From Candidatus Hydrogenedentota bacterium (GTDB taxonomy: Bacteria; Hydrogenedentota; Hydrogenedentia; Hydrogenedentales; SLHB01), in assembly GCA_963745075.1 (NCBI GenBank), contig CAVUWV010000030.1:30647-94646 (forward strand): a DNA stretch of 64,000 nucleotides, given 5' to 3'. Made by a program: the position numbers and the translations under genes. The notes beneath the pieces were generated by a model. That model searched no databases. It was not told the origin of the DNA and saw only the letters and a list, made by a program, of their open reading frames with translations. How positions within the stretch are numbered: the stretch's first letter is position 1; each line of letters starts with the position of its first letter. Below, piece by piece: positions 32,022-42,797 of this stretch.

Positions 32022-33052
32022 GTGATTCGATACTTCGTTCTGATGGCAGTGTTCGCTGGCGTGCAGGTTGCCGCTTCTGCGCAGGATTTGGCGGCGGCAC
32101 CCAACCGGCCGGTGCCGTTGATATTCGATACGGATATCGGGAATGACGTGGACGACGCGCTGGCGTTGGGCGTGATCCATGCGTTGGAGAGCCGGGGCGA
32201 GTGTACGTTGCTGGCCGTGACGATCACCAAGGACAATGAACTATGCGCTCCGTTTGTGGACGCGGTGAACACGTTTTACGGGCGCGGCGACATACCCATC
32301 GGCGTCGTGAAAGACGGGCCAACGCCGGAAGTCAGCAAGTTACTGCCGCTGGCGCGGGACAGAGCGACAACGGGGTGTTGCGGTATCCCCACGATCTGGA
32401 GAGTGGCAAGGATGCGCCGGACGCGACGACGGTGTTACGCAAGGCGCTGGCCGGCGCGGAGGACCATTCCGTTGTGATTGCCCAAGTCGGGTTCTCGACG
32501 AATCTGGCGCGCCTCTTGGCTTCGGGTCCGGACGAGATTTCGGAACTTTCCGGAAGGAATCTCGCCGCGAAGAAGGTGAGACTGATTTCCGTGATGGCGG
32601 GGGCGTTTCAGCCGATCCAGGACAAGACGCACAAGGAATACAACGTGGTGATGGATATCCCCTCGGCGCAGGCCTTGGCGCGGGACTGGCCGACGCCCAT
32701 CGTGTATAGCGGATACGAGATTGGCCTGAACATCCCCTACCCCGCCGCGAGCATCGATAACGATTTTGCTTATGTGGCGCATCATCCGCTCCAGGAAGCG
32801 TATCAACTGTACATGCCGACGCCCCATGAACGGCCGACCTGGGATCTGACGAGCGTCCTGTGGGTGGTGCGGCCGGATCGCGGGTATTTTGATTTATCGC
32901 CCCCCGGCAAGACGCAGGTGACAGACGATGGTGTGACGGAATTCAAAGAGGCCGCGGATGAGAATTGCCGGTACCTTATCGCGAGCAAGGAGCAGCGCAT
33001 ACGGGTACGGGAGGCGCTGGCGCTGCTGGCGAGCCAGCCGCCCGGAGAATAG
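32022..33052 (+). CDS. Exported inosine/uridine-preferring nucleoside hydrolase family protein (frameshift near 32357)
   Basis: RBS GGAAGGAG, GTG start, signal peptide; IFDTDIGNDVDDALAL; GFSTNLARLL, MAG, EYN, RPTWDLT in the next frame. Confidence 0.85.
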
Positions 33053-33171
33053 GCTGGAGTCCGGAGTCTGGAGGAAATCGGATCGGTCGGCGCGGTGCGA
33101 TTGAATTTAACCGTACCCACGCGGCCCGTGGGTGGTCCCGGAGCAGATTCACGATTAGGGGTGCAATAGCC

Positions 33172-35424
33172 ATGCGTTGGCCAATCGGAGTGTGGATAGG
33201 CGCGGTTGTTCTTGCCACGCACGCGCTGGCGCAAGAGCTTACGCTTCAAAGTGCTGCCATTCGCGTTGCCCTTGAGCCAGATGGTGCGGCGGTTGCGCAG
33301 ATTTCCGATCTCGGGACCGATCATGCCTTTCTCTCCACGGCCGGACACACTCCCCTTTGGTCGCTCGAATTGATGGACGGGACTGTTTTGGGTCCGGAGT
33401 CGTCCAAACGGGTGCCGAAGCAAGTCCGTTCCGATGCGGGAGACCGCGTGGCTATTACATGGTCCGAATTCGGCGTCGAGACGGCGCCGGATTTGCGCGT
33501 CTCGGTGAGTATGGGTATGCAAGCGGAACGGCCGGTAGCCCAGTGGCATATCACGTTGGATGGCTTAGGGGAGGCGGCGGTGCGTGCGGTTCATTTCCCA
33601 CGAATCGGGCCGATTGCCAAACAGGGTGGCGAAACCTTGGTCGTGCCGCAATGGATCGGCGAGGCGACGACGCAGGCGCGGACCATGCTCAATCCGCAAG
33701 GTAGCGAAGGCCGTCGGCGGGAATGGGAATACCCAGGACTGCTGTCGATGCAGTTTCTGGCGCTGTACGGGGGCGACGGCCCGGGATTGATGGTTTCGAC
33801 CAATGACACGGCGCTCAAGGCGAAACGATTCGCTGTCTTCGGGGACGGCAACGGGGGCTTGGGACTCGACGTCACGCATATTGTTCCGGTTAGAAGCGAT
33901 GAAGACGGTCGTTTCGACCCCGGGTACGACGTGCTGATCGGCACGTTCGACGGGGATTGGTATACCGCCGCCGATCGATACCGGGATTGGGCCAAGGAAC
34001 AGTGGTGGGTCACGGAGAGCCGCGTGCGCGCGGGCCAAACGCCGGACTGGGTGCGGGACACGGGGCTGTGGGTGTGGAACCGGGGCAAATCACCCGGGGT
34101 GCTGGGACCGGCGGAGGCGCTGCAGAAGCGAGCGGGCATGCCGGTGAGTGTGTTCTGGCACTGGTGGCACGGATGCGCGTACGACGTGGGGTTTCCGGAA
34201 TACCTCCCGCCGCGAGAAGGAACGGATGCGTTCCGCGCGGCGGTCGCGAAGGCGGATACGCAGGGGATCCATGCCATCGTCTATATGAACCAGCGGCTTT
34301 GGGGCATGACGACGAAGAGCTGGAAGGAGCAAGGCGCGGAAGCGTACGCCGTGAAGCAGCCCGATGGCACGGTTCACCCGGAGGTGTACAACACGTTTGT
34401 GAAGGCGCCGTGCGCCTCGATGTGCATGGGCACGGCGTTCTGGCGGAATACGTATGCAGAAATTGCGGAACGGGTCGTGCGCAATCTTGGGGTGGCAGGC
34501 ATTTACATGGATCAGGCCTGTTCGCGTCTCGCGTGCTACGACCCGATGCACGGCCATCCGCTGGGCGGCGGAACGTACTGGATGGACGGATTCAAGGCGC
34601 TGGAGCGCGACATCCGCCAACGTTGTGCGGATGTAAAGGCGGTGGCGCTCGCGGGAGAAGGATGCGGCGAGGGGTGGCTCCCCCACCTCGATCTGATGCT
34701 TTCGTTGCAGGTCAGCCTGGAGCGTTACGCCGCACCGGGGATGTGGGAGCCGATCCCGCTGTTTAATGCCGTGTATCACGACTGTTCGACACAATACGGG
34801 AACTACTCGTCACTAACGCGTCCGCCGTACGACGAATTGTGGCCCAAGGAATTTGCGCCGAAGAACCCTCTCGCGTTGCTGAACCGGAAGTTCGCGACGC
34901 AGTTTCGGATGGAACAGGCGCGGTCTTTTGTGTGGGGACAACAACCGACGCTCGCCAACTTTCAGGAGAATCAAATAAAGGAGCGCGCGGAGGAGATCGA
35001 TTACTTGTTGCGCGTTGCGCGGTTGCGGCGAGTGGCTTCAAAATATCTGAGAGACGGTGTGTTTCTGCGGCCGCCGGAATTCGAAGTGCCGCGCGCCGAG
35101 ATTCCCATCTCGCGCCTCTCGATCTACGCGGGGCAACAGGACGCGGTACAGGAATACACGAAGACCGTTCCCCTGGTTCTTGCGAGCGCATGGTTGGCGA
35201 ACGACGGCGACATTGGCATCGCGCTGGCCAACATTGACGACGCGCCCGGGCCAATTACCATTATGCTGACTTCGGATCAATATCCCCTACCCCAATCGGG
35301 AACCGTTTATCGACTGACGGAAACGGGTCGCAGTGAGGTGACACGGATCTCAGGCGGTTCCGTGCGACTGGACCTCCCATTGGATCCCTGCGACGCGCAG
35401 GTCTATGAAGTCGTAAACGAGTGA
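33172..35424 (+). CDS. Secreted DUF6259-like putative glycoside hydrolase (TIM barrel)
   Basis: Signal MRWPIGVWIGAVVLATHALA; GDWYTAADRYRDWA, YDVGFPEYLP, SMCMGTAFW, GIYMDQ, CYDPMHGHPLGGG. Confidence 0.7.
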   Translation: MRWPIGVWIGAVVLATHALAQELTLQSAAIRVALEPDGAAVAQISDLGTDHAFLSTAGHTPLWSLELMDGTVLGPESSKRVPKQVRSDAGDRVAITWSEFGVETAPDLRVSVSMGMQAERPVAQWHITLDGLGEAAVRAVHFPRIGPIAKQGGETLVVPQWIGEATTQARTMLNPQGSEGRRREWEYPGLLSMQFLALYGGDGPGLMVSTNDTALKAKRFAVFGDGNGGLGLDVTHIVPVRSDEDGRFDPGYDVLIGTFDGDWYTAADRYRDWAKEQWWVTESRVRAGQTPDWVRDTGLWVWNRGKSPGVLGPAEALQKRAGMPVSVFWHWWHGCAYDVGFPEYLPPREGTDAFRAAVAKADTQGIHAIVYMNQRLWGMTTKSWKEQGAEAYAVKQPDGTVHPEVYNTFVKAPCASMCMGTAFWRNTYAEIAERVVRNLGVAGIYMDQACSRLACYDPMHGHPLGGGTYWMDGFKALERDIRQRCADVKAVALAGEGCGEGWLPHLDLMLSLQVSLERYAAPGMWEPIPLFNAVYHDCSTQYGNYSSLTRPPYDELWPKEFAPKNPLALLNRKFATQFRMEQARSFVWGQQPTLANFQENQIKERAEEIDYLLRVARLRRVASKYLRDGVFLRPPEFEVPRAEIPISRLSIYAGQQDAVQEYTKTVPLVLASAWLANDGDIGIALANIDDAPGPITIMLTSDQYPLPQSGTVYRLTETGRSEVTRISGGSVRLDLPLDPCDAQVYEVVNE

Positions 35425-35503
35425 GCTGCAAATCTTGTTTTCGTTTGTATGGGATCCTGTAAAACGCCGGTGCTGTCCTAACCACGACAAAGGAGAACCG
35501 TTT

Positions 35504-35611
35504 ATGAAGCATCTGAAGACGATGTCGAAAGCGAAACGTCCCGCTCCGGCGGTGGTTTCGTCGAACCCGATCAAGGCGTTCCTGATGAAGATTAAGGGCT
35601 CGCCGGATTAA
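35504..35611 (+). CDS. Small 35-aa peptide MKHLKTMSKAKRPAPAVVSSNPIKAFLMKIKGSPD (not in the ORF track)
   Basis: Strong RBS AAAGGAGAA 6 nt before ATG; mostly G/C-ending codons; fills an otherwise empty intergenic gap. Confidence 0.7.
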   Translation: MKHLKTMSKAKRPAPAVVSSNPIKAFLMKIKGSPD

Positions 35612-35720
35612 GCGACGCAGTCGGTACAAGCATGCGCCGGACATGTTAGGTTCGAGTATTGAGGCTTTGACGTGTAAGGCGAATTTTCGCTGGCGAAAGT
35701 ACGAATCCGGGTCCAGTGCG

Positions 35721-36593
35721 TTAGCGAACGGCGGCGCCTTCTGTGCTCAGTTGCGCATTCTTGGTCGAGTGTCCGGAGGGTGATTCGAGCCACCTGCGGT
35801 AGTAGGCGTCGACGGCGTTTTGCAGCAGCCGTTTGTGCGCCTCCGCGTTGGGGTGGATGCCGTCGGGGGAGATGCCGGCCGGCATGCCCTTTGCCGGATC
35901 GCCGCCGGGAAGCGGCACGGATTTCGGCGGTGCCCCGAACCAGTATTGAAGGGTTCCCCAGTTGTCGACGTATTCGCAGCGGTCGATTTCACCGGCGAGT
36001 TCTTCCTTGCGGTCGCCCAGCTCGTGAAACCACGTGTTCAGTTCCTGCGTGGTGGCGCGATGGAAGTCCATTTTCCAGGCCTGATGGGCAAGCTCGAAAT
36101 CGAGATAATCGTATCCCGCGATGACGACATGCATGTTCCCACGTACGGCGAGGCAAGTCTCGACGATGGTTCGGATGTCAGCGATAATAGGGTCCCACAT
36201 GCGCTGACGTTCTTCGGCACTCTTGCCGGTGAAGTCCCCCTTTATTGCCCGCGAAAGAAAGTCGTTCCCGCCGATCATGAGGTGGACGATATCGATGGTG
36301 GGATACTTCTCCAATTCCGCTTTGATTTCTGCGAGGTGTTCCGGTTTCGCCCAGTCCGACGCTTTACGCCCTCCCCACGCCGTCACCTTCCCTTCGGTTT
36401 CGTATGCGCCCAAACCGTTCTCCGCGAGCACGTCGTTGAAGACGTCCGGCGAGGGGAAGCCGTCGTGGTTTTCGGCGGTGATGGAGGCCGACCAGCTATC
36501 GCCGACGATCAGAATGCGTTTTGTGGCGTCCTGCGCGTAGACGAGCGCGCATATCGCGACGAGCGCAAACCGTGTCAGAATGAATCGGGGCAT
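35721..36593 (-). CDS. Secreted SGNH/GDSL hydrolase
   Basis: Signal peptide; GDSW, GGND, DGIHPN. Confidence 0.88.
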   Translation of the reverse strand: MPRFILTRFALVAICALVYAQDATKRILIVGDSWSASITAENHDGFPSPDVFNDVLAENGLGAYETEGKVTAWGGRKASDWAKPEHLAEIKAELEKYPTIDIVHLMIGGNDFLSRAIKGDFTGKSAEERQRMWDPIIADIRTIVETCLAVRGNMHVVIAGYDYLDFELAHQAWKMDFHRATTQELNTWFHELGDRKEELAGEIDRCEYVDNWGTLQYWFGAPPKSVPLPGGDPAKGMPAGISPDGIHPNAEAHKRLLQNAVDAYYRRWLESPSGHSTKNAQLSTEGAAVR

Positions 36594-36705
36594 TCGTCTA
36601 TTCTCCATATTGTGGTGGTTCCGATCACGGGGGAAGCCGGTCCGGCTGGGAGATTGCCGGACCGGCCTATCCGAAGGTGTCATAGGTTAGAGACTGGGGA
36701 AACGA

Positions 36706-37707
36706 TCAATTGTCTACGATGGCGCTCGTTCCGCCGATCCAACTGGCAAGGTTTTCACCATAGGTGCCAACGTCACTATTCGCTGCCGGATACTGGGAGC
36801 CGTACTTCAAGAAGGAGACGTGTCCATCCATGTAGAGGGCGTTGACGCCACCGGGGATGTGGTTGAACGATTCCAGTGCGGGGTACGACAGGCCAAGGGC
36901 CGGGAATGAGAGTGGATCGCCGCCATACGCGTCCAGCATGGTGGGGATTTCCGACTGAGCTTTTGCGCTCCCCGCCGGATTGTTAATGTCGGTGATGAAG
37001 AACCGCTCGATGCCTTCACGAAGCCGTTGATACTCGTTGGGTAGGGCCATTCCATCGTCGTCGGTGGTTCCGGCTACGCCGTCGCCGCCCGAAGTCTTGT
37101 ATGTGGAGGTGTCCAGGACATTCGGCATTTCGTAGTTTGGCCGTGCTTCGATGGCCCAGGTGCAGCCGTACAACTTAGCAGATGATTCCTCGGGTACCGT
37201 GTAGGCGCCCGCGCCTGGATTGAAGAACTTGTGGAAGGTCAGACCGACGATAATGTCCTTCAAAGTTGACGACGAATCGACCGCATACGGGATATAGTAA
37301 TACGAAGGAAGCATGCTCGTCAGCGAGTCCAGGCAGGTCTTCGCATCCGGCTCGGACGCAGCCGATTCACTGGCCAGTTGCAAACGCTCGTCGAACCCGA
37401 ATTCGTTGGAATCGGACGGACAGACCGCGATGTTCATGTCAGTCAAATACTCGGGGTACATGACCGGGCCGTCGATTCCGATGATAAAACTGCTCCCAAA
37501 TCGGGACACTGGGGGCATCACCTCGCCGTCGCTTTCGTTTGCGAACATTTTGATGACGATGCCCCACTGCTTCAGGTTGTTTTGGCACGAGGCGCGGCGC
37601 GCGGCCTCCCGAGCCCGCGCCAAGGCGGGAAGTAATATGGCCGCCAGAATTCCAATAATGGCGATAACGACCAAGAGTTCAATCAGCGTGAAACCCCTTT
37701 TTCTCAT
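36706..37707 (-). CDS. DUF1559 / prepilin-type N-terminal cleavage-methylation protein with H-X9-DG C-terminal motif
   Basis: [67 protein letters not shown]. Confidence 0.93.
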   Translation of the reverse strand: MRKRGFTLIELLVVIAIIGILAAILLPALARAREAARRASCQNNLKQWGIVIKMFANESDGEVMPPVSRFGSSFIIGIDGPVMYPEYLTDMNIAVCPSDSNEFGFDERLQLASESAASEPDAKTCLDSLTSMLPSYYYIPYAVDSSSTLKDIIVGLTFHKFFNPGAGAYTVPEESSAKLYGCTWAIEARPNYEMPNVLDTSTYKTSGGDGVAGTTDDDGMALPNEYQRLREGIERFFITDINNPAGSAKAQSEIPTMLDAYGGDPLSFPALGLSYPALESFNHIPGGVNALYMDGHVSFLKYGSQYPAANSDVGTYGENLASWIGGTSAIVDN

Positions 37708-37793
37708 TGCTCCATCCTCCCTCTCATGTAGAATAGCGTTTACTTTCTACGCTCCACGTTCTCACCCGCGAGCGACACCCGAACTAGAGAAGG

Positions 37794-37810
37794 AGCAACA
37801 GGAATGCCAA
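37794..37810 (-). promoter_or_regulatory. Sigma-54 (-24/-12) promoter
   Basis: Minus strand TTGGCATT-CCTG-TTGCT (GG-N10-GC), 87 nt before the DUF1559 ATG. Confidence 0.8.
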
Positions 37811-37894
37811 GTTTGGTGAAACTCATTAACTCATGATCCCCCAGTTGTTTGCGTCTATAGGGTGTCCGCATGGGAGGAGAGGTAGTGCTCCGTT

Positions 37895-37936
37895 TGAAAC
37901 ACATTTCGGCACACAATGTGAAACACTTGTGTAACA
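37895..37936. promoter_or_regulatory. Putative enhancer (UAS): four direct heptamers
   Basis: TGAAACA (37895), CGGCACA (37907), TGAAACA (37919), TGTAACA (37930), spaced 12/12/11 nt, 85-125 nt upstream of the -24 box. Confidence 0.55.
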
Positions 37937-37967
37937 GCGACCGATATGGTGGGAACCGCCAGCCTGG

Positions 37968-39710
37968 TCAGTCCTTGTTGCCGGCGAGGCGCCGGTAGAG
38001 CGTCGTCCGGCTGATGCCGAGGATGCGGGCTGCCTTGGCCCGGTTGCCACCGGCCAGGGCGATGGCCTCCTGAATTCGCTGTTCTTCAGAGGCGTCGGGA
38101 TTCATGAAACCACCTCCCCCCGCGGGCTGGTATGAGAAGGTATGTATCGGGGAGGCGCCGGGGACCGGCGATGAAAGTTCCGGAGGCAAATCAGCGGATT
38201 GAATTGCGGTCCCCCGGCAGGAGATGGCAGCGGCTTCGATGACGTTCTGCAATTCCCGCACATTGCCTGGCCAGGAGTAGGCGATCAGCATGGAGGCTAC
38301 TTCGGGACTGAATCCATTGATCGTTTTGCCGGATTTGGCCGTGAACTGCCGGAGGAAACTCGACGCCAGAAGTGGGATATCCTCGCGTCGCGAACGAAGC
38401 GGAGGAAGATTGATGCGGGCCACGCGCACGCGATAGAGCAGGTCGTTGCGGAAGCGGCCGTTTGCGACGGCGCGTGTGAGGTCGTGGTTTGTGGCGGATA
38501 GCAGCCTGACATCAACGGACTGCGGCACCGACTCGCCGACGCGGACAATTTCGCGCTCCTGGACGACGCGGAGCAGCATGGTTTGAACGACCGGCGGGAT
38601 GTCGCCGATTTCATCGAGAAAGAGTGTGCCGCCGTCGGCGGCCTCGAAGTACCCGACGTGATCGTTAACCGCGCCGGTGAAGGCGCCTTTCGTGTGTCCG
38701 AAGAGTTGGCTAGCCAGGATGGATTCCGTGAGCCCGGCACAGTTGACGGCGATGAACGGTTTGTCCGATCGGTGGCCGGAGAAATGGATCGCACGCGCCA
38801 CGAGTTCTTTGCCGGTGCCGGTTTCTCCTTCGATCATCACGGTCGTATCGTAGCGGGCCAATTCGCCGATCTGCTGGAAGATGATTTGCATGGCTTCGCT
38901 CTTGCCAATGATGTCGCAGAATTGCGCCTTTCCATCGAGCAGCCTGCGCAATCCATGGACATCGGTCACGTCATAGAGCACCAGGATTTTGCGTCTCTTG
39001 TCGCGGGGTTCGTCGAGGACCTCCAACTCGGTCCAGAAACGCTCTCCATTGGGGGTTTCCCAGTGGAGTGGAAGACGTGACCGCTGTGCGGGGGGCAAAC
39101 CGATTTGTTCGCGAATGGCCGCACGATCGGCGTTCGAGACGGGCAAGACATCCGCCCAGGAGACTCCGAGGAGTTGTTGTCTCGGCATTCCGACCAGCCG
39201 TTCAAAGGCCCGGCTGACGAAGGAGAGCTGCTCGCCGTCCTCGCGCGTAATGCCGGTTCCCGTCCGCAATTCGTCCAGAATCGAGCGAACATCGTTGCGG
39301 CTTCGCACGATCTGTTTCTGCAACTGATATTTTTCGATGGCGTAGCGGATAGTCCGATCGAGCAGGGGCGGAGAAAGGCTCGCCTTGGTCATATATTCGT
39401 CCGCGCCGGCAGATAACGACTCCTCATCGATTGCCCGGTCGTCGTAGGCCGTCAACATAATGACGGGGACTTGGATGTCGGACTGACGAATGTGCTTCAG
39501 GAACTGCAGACCCGACCGATCGCCCAACAGGTAATCCAGGAGGATGATGTCGGGGGGCGCATCCTGAAAGGTCCGCAGCGCCTCCTCGACCGTCGACGCC
39601 CACGTGAGGGAATAGGACGAGCCCGGGATATCGTCGAATACGTCTCGCGTAATGACATAGTCGGCGCGGTCGTCATCGATAAGCAGCACGTGTATCGGAT
39701 TGGTTGAAAT
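37968..39710 (-). CDS. Sigma-54-dependent activator, REC-PAS-AAA+-Fis HTH
   Basis: LLIDDD, LLDY, GETGTGKELVA, GAFTGA, LFLDEIG, WPGNVRELQN, GNRAKAARILGISRTTLYRRL; RBS spacing points to an ATT codon at 39710 (alternative GTG at 39689). Confidence 0.95.
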   Translation of the reverse strand: MSTNPIHVLLIDDDRADYVITRDVFDDIPGSSYSLTWASTVEEALRTFQDAPPDIILLDYLLGDRSGLQFLKHIRQSDIQVPVIMLTAYDDRAIDEESLSAGADEYMTKASLSPPLLDRTIRYAIEKYQLQKQIVRSRNDVRSILDELRTGTGITREDGEQLSFVSRAFERLVGMPRQQLLGVSWADVLPVSNADRAAIREQIGLPPAQRSRLPLHWETPNGERFWTELEVLDEPRDKRRKILVLYDVTDVHGLRRLLDGKAQFCDIIGKSEAMQIIFQQIGELARYDTTVMIEGETGTGKELVARAIHFSGHRSDKPFIAVNCAGLTESILASQLFGHTKGAFTGAVNDHVGYFEAADGGTLFLDEIGDIPPVVQTMLLRVVQEREIVRVGESVPQSVDVRLLSATNHDLTRAVANGRFRNDLLYRVRVARINLPPLRSRREDIPLLASSFLRQFTAKSGKTINGFSPEVASMLIAYSWPGNVRELQNVIEAAAISCRGTAIQSADLPPELSSPVPGASPIHTFSYQPAGGGGFMNPDASEEQRIQEAIALAGGNRAKAARILGISRTTLYRRLAGNKD

Positions 39711-39725
39711 GGGTCGTCCCCCTCT

Positions 39726-41669
39726 CTACAAAGCGGCCGGCGCTTCTTCCCTCGAATCGACGGCCTGCGCATCCTGTTCCTGTGCGATGGGCAGTACCAC
39801 CGTGAATCTGGTTCCCCCGCCGGCCACGGATTCGACATCAATCGAGCCGCCATGGCGTTCCGCGATCTTCCGGCATACCGCCAAGCCGACACCGCTTCCC
39901 TCACGGCTTCCTTCGTCGTGGACCCGTTGAAACAAGGCAAAAATGCGGTCTGCGTCGGCCGCATCGATTCCAGGTCCATCATCGTGCACGTGGATGGCAC
40001 AGCGTTCACCGGGCGCAGCACCGGCTGCCGGTTTGCTTGAATATACGCGCACGCGAGGCTGCTCGCCGTCTCGGCCATATTTTAGCCCGTTGTCAATTAG
40101 ATTCTGCAATAGCTGTCGCATTTGAAGGGGGTCCGCTTCGATGACCGGGAGCGGCTCGATGTCGACGGAGCCGCCGGTTTCGTCGATACGGACTGCCAAG
40201 TCGCCGACAACGTCCCGCGCGATCCGGGTCAGATCCACCCACACAAAGGGGCTTCCATGGGTGGTTACACGCGATACTTGCAGGATATTTGTGATGAGCC
40301 GTTGCATGCGCTCCGTGCTGGCCTCGATGAGTTCAAGGTACTCTTCCGCGCGTCCCGAGGGTCCCTCTCCGAGTTGCCGATGCAGCTGTTCGGCGAGCAC
40401 CCTGACCTTGCGGAGCGGCTCCTTCAAATCGTGGGACGCGATTACCGCGAAATCCTGGAGGTCGTTATTGCTGATGGCGAGTTGCCGGTTCAACTGTTGC
40501 AAGGATTCGTTGGAATGCTCCAGCAAATCAAGGAGTTCGTCGCGCTCGGCTTCAAACTGTTTGCGCGCGGCAATCTCCGTGGATAGGCGCTCGTTCGTGC
40601 GCTGCAGTTCGGCGGTACGGCGGAGTACGAGGGCTTCCGCTTTTCGCCGTTGCCGAATCTGTGAGAGAAAGTGCTCGAATGCGACCGCGGTAAGGCTTAA
40701 ACCGGCCAAGAGCCCCAGGAGAGGCTGCCAGGTGTAGGCCTCGGAAAGATAGGCCTGCGTGGGCGTGCAGACGAACCGCCATCGCCGTGTCGTAGCCAAC
40801 TCGATTTCCCCCGTGTAGTTCATGCGATCCTCCGTCAGGACTTCGCCTTCAGCGACGGACGCTTCGTTGTTCTCCGCGGGCCGATGATAGAGTGCCTTTT
40901 CTCCGTCGAGGGCGAACGCGTCGAAGATATGAAGGTTTACCCGTTTCTGGTCAAGCCGCGTGAGGGCAACGTCCACAACGTCTTTGACCTGGAATGCGCC
41001 GATGGCGTACCCAATGAAACGCCCCGCTTCGGGCATCGACGTGGGCAGTTCGGAATTGCGTTCGCGGACGGCGGTGACGACCAGTACCGTGGTTGGTCCG
41101 AGCGATTCCTTCATTCGGGCGCAGTTGGAGACAACGAAGATCTTGTCCGACTCGCGCGCGTAGTCCAGGTACTTACGCAGGTGCGGATCGGCGGCAAAAT
41201 CGTAGCCGAGCACGTCGTCGTGGTTTTTTACTCCATTCACGGCGCGTATCGGATAGGAGTCACCTTCGCGCACTTGATTTTGGATGGCGAAGTGTTCGTG
41301 CAAGGTTTGTGCTTGCCGTACGAAAGATGCTCGTTCATCCGGTGGGACTGCCGGCGCCCAGATCAACGTGAGCGTGTCGTAGCGTTCGCTCGAAAACGGA
41401 GGCAAGCGACGGTTATAAACGCCCTCGCCGGGCGCAACGGGAATAGCCAAAGTGGCGGCGGTCCACCGTACTGCGTCGATGTTGGCGTCGACAACTTTTT
41501 CGATGGCGCTAATGTAAGTCTTGGCCTGGTCGGCAAAATCAAACTTCGCGGTCTGTTCATCGCGAACACGCAATAACCGATAGAACAGCAGAGATATCAC
41601 CAATCCCGCCAGTAGGGTCAAGGCCGCCGGCCAGTACGCGCGAACGATTCCGCTTGGGGTGTGCTTCAT
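39726..41669 (-). CDS. CHASE-domain sensor histidine kinase
   Basis: TM1, periplasmic CHASE-like domain (WAPAV..ERASF, VLGYDF, GYAIGAFQV), TM2, H-box FAVIASHDLKEPLR, QLLQNLIDNGLKY, DDGPGI, GSGVGLA. Confidence 0.9.
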   Translation of the reverse strand: MKHTPSGIVRAYWPAALTLLAGLVISLLFYRLLRVRDEQTAKFDFADQAKTYISAIEKVVDANIDAVRWTAATLAIPVAPGEGVYNRRLPPFSSERYDTLTLIWAPAVPPDERASFVRQAQTLHEHFAIQNQVREGDSYPIRAVNGVKNHDDVLGYDFAADPHLRKYLDYARESDKIFVVSNCARMKESLGPTTVLVVTAVRERNSELPTSMPEAGRFIGYAIGAFQVKDVVDVALTRLDQKRVNLHIFDAFALDGEKALYHRPAENNEASVAEGEVLTEDRMNYTGEIELATTRRWRFVCTPTQAYLSEAYTWQPLLGLLAGLSLTAVAFEHFLSQIRQRRKAEALVLRRTAELQRTNERLSTEIAARKQFEAERDELLDLLEHSNESLQQLNRQLAISNNDLQDFAVIASHDLKEPLRKVRVLAEQLHRQLGEGPSGRAEEYLELIEASTERMQRLITNILQVSRVTTHGSPFVWVDLTRIARDVVGDLAVRIDETGGSVDIEPLPVIEADPLQMRQLLQNLIDNGLKYGRDGEQPRVRVYSSKPAAGAAPGERCAIHVHDDGPGIDAADADRIFALFQRVHDEGSREGSGVGLAVCRKIAERHGGSIDVESVAGGGTRFTVVLPIAQEQDAQAVDSREEAPAAL

Positions 41670-41709
41670 AACGTCTTCACCGTGTTAAGTATTCCGTGCT
41701 CGCGTGTGT

Positions 41710-42696
41710 TCAATCCGCCCCTGAAACCGTCGACATGACTTGGGCGAGGTCGGCGCCATAGGTATCGGGAGGGCTGTTCGCCACGGGGAACCGGCTTCCG
41801 AGAGTTATAAACTTTACATGGCCGTCGAAATAGAGGACGTTTGAGCCGCCGGGGATATGGTTGAAACGGGCCGTTCCTCCCAGGAGGGGAACGTTGGCCG
41901 CCCATGTGTCCATGAGTACCGGTATCTCGGTTTGGCCTTTATAACCGGAAGCCGGCGAGTTTATGTCCGTGATAACGAATCGTTCGATTCCGTTCCGCAG
42001 GCGCTTGTACCCGGACGGCATGAGGCTCCCGTCGTCGTCGATCTTTCCGTATCCGGCTTGAAACTGCGGGTCACCGGGGATGTCGTCTTCGCCCAGGGAA
42101 CCGTAGGCAACGAACTGTTTTTTCGGGCATCCCTGGTTCTGCATTTCGATCGCGTCGACAAACACGGCGTTTCCGCGATCGCTTTCGTCAATTGCGATCA
42201 GAACCCGGCTGAGGATGATGTCTTTCAATTGCGATGACGAGTTCGTCAGATAGGAAATGTACGTGTAGGAGACGCCCAACGACAACAACGCGTCGACACA
42301 GAGTGGCGTCGCGCCCGCATCGATGGCGTCTTTCACATAGGACTCGAGATTCAGTTTGAGTACTCCCACAAACTCCCGGGCCCGCGAGTCGGATGGACAA
42401 AGGGTGATGTTCAGATCGGTCATGTAGTCTGGGTAGAGCACGGAACCGCGCACCCAGGACAGCGTCGGGGCGCCGTTCAGATGCCACTTTTGCGTCGGAG
42501 GATAGGATTCCTGTGGGTCCTCGGCGGCGTACATTTGGAGCACAAGGGACAGTTGCTTGAGGTTGCTTTGACAGGCTGCGCGACGCGCGGCTTCTCGCGA
42601 CCGGGCCAAAGCCGGCAGCAGCACGGCGGCCAGAATTGCGATGATGGCGATCACCACGATGAGTTCAAGTAAGGTCAGCCCAACCTTTCCGATCAC
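41710..42696 (-). CDS. DUF1559 / prepilin-type protein with H-X9-DG motif (paralogue)
   Basis: GGAG RBS, GTG start; [56 protein letters not shown]. Confidence 0.9.
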   Translation of the reverse strand: MIGKVGLTLLELIVVIAIIAILAAVLLPALARSREAARRAACQSNLKQLSLVLQMYAAEDPQESYPPTQKWHLNGAPTLSWVRGSVLYPDYMTDLNITLCPSDSRAREFVGVLKLNLESYVKDAIDAGATPLCVDALLSLGVSYTYISYLTNSSSQLKDIILSRVLIAIDESDRGNAVFVDAIEMQNQGCPKKQFVAYGSLGEDDIPGDPQFQAGYGKIDDDGSLMPSGYKRLRNGIERFVITDINSPASGYKGQTEIPVLMDTWAANVPLLGGTARFNHIPGGSNVLYFDGHVKFITLGSRFPVANSPPDTYGADLAQVMSTVSGAD

Positions 42697-42797
42697 GAAG
42701 CACTCCGCGGGTCCACCCGTGACCCGGTTTGAGGTATAAGGGTACCCCATCTACGGCCGTAGCCCTGTAAAAGGCGATTTGGCGCGAACGCCCGAAG

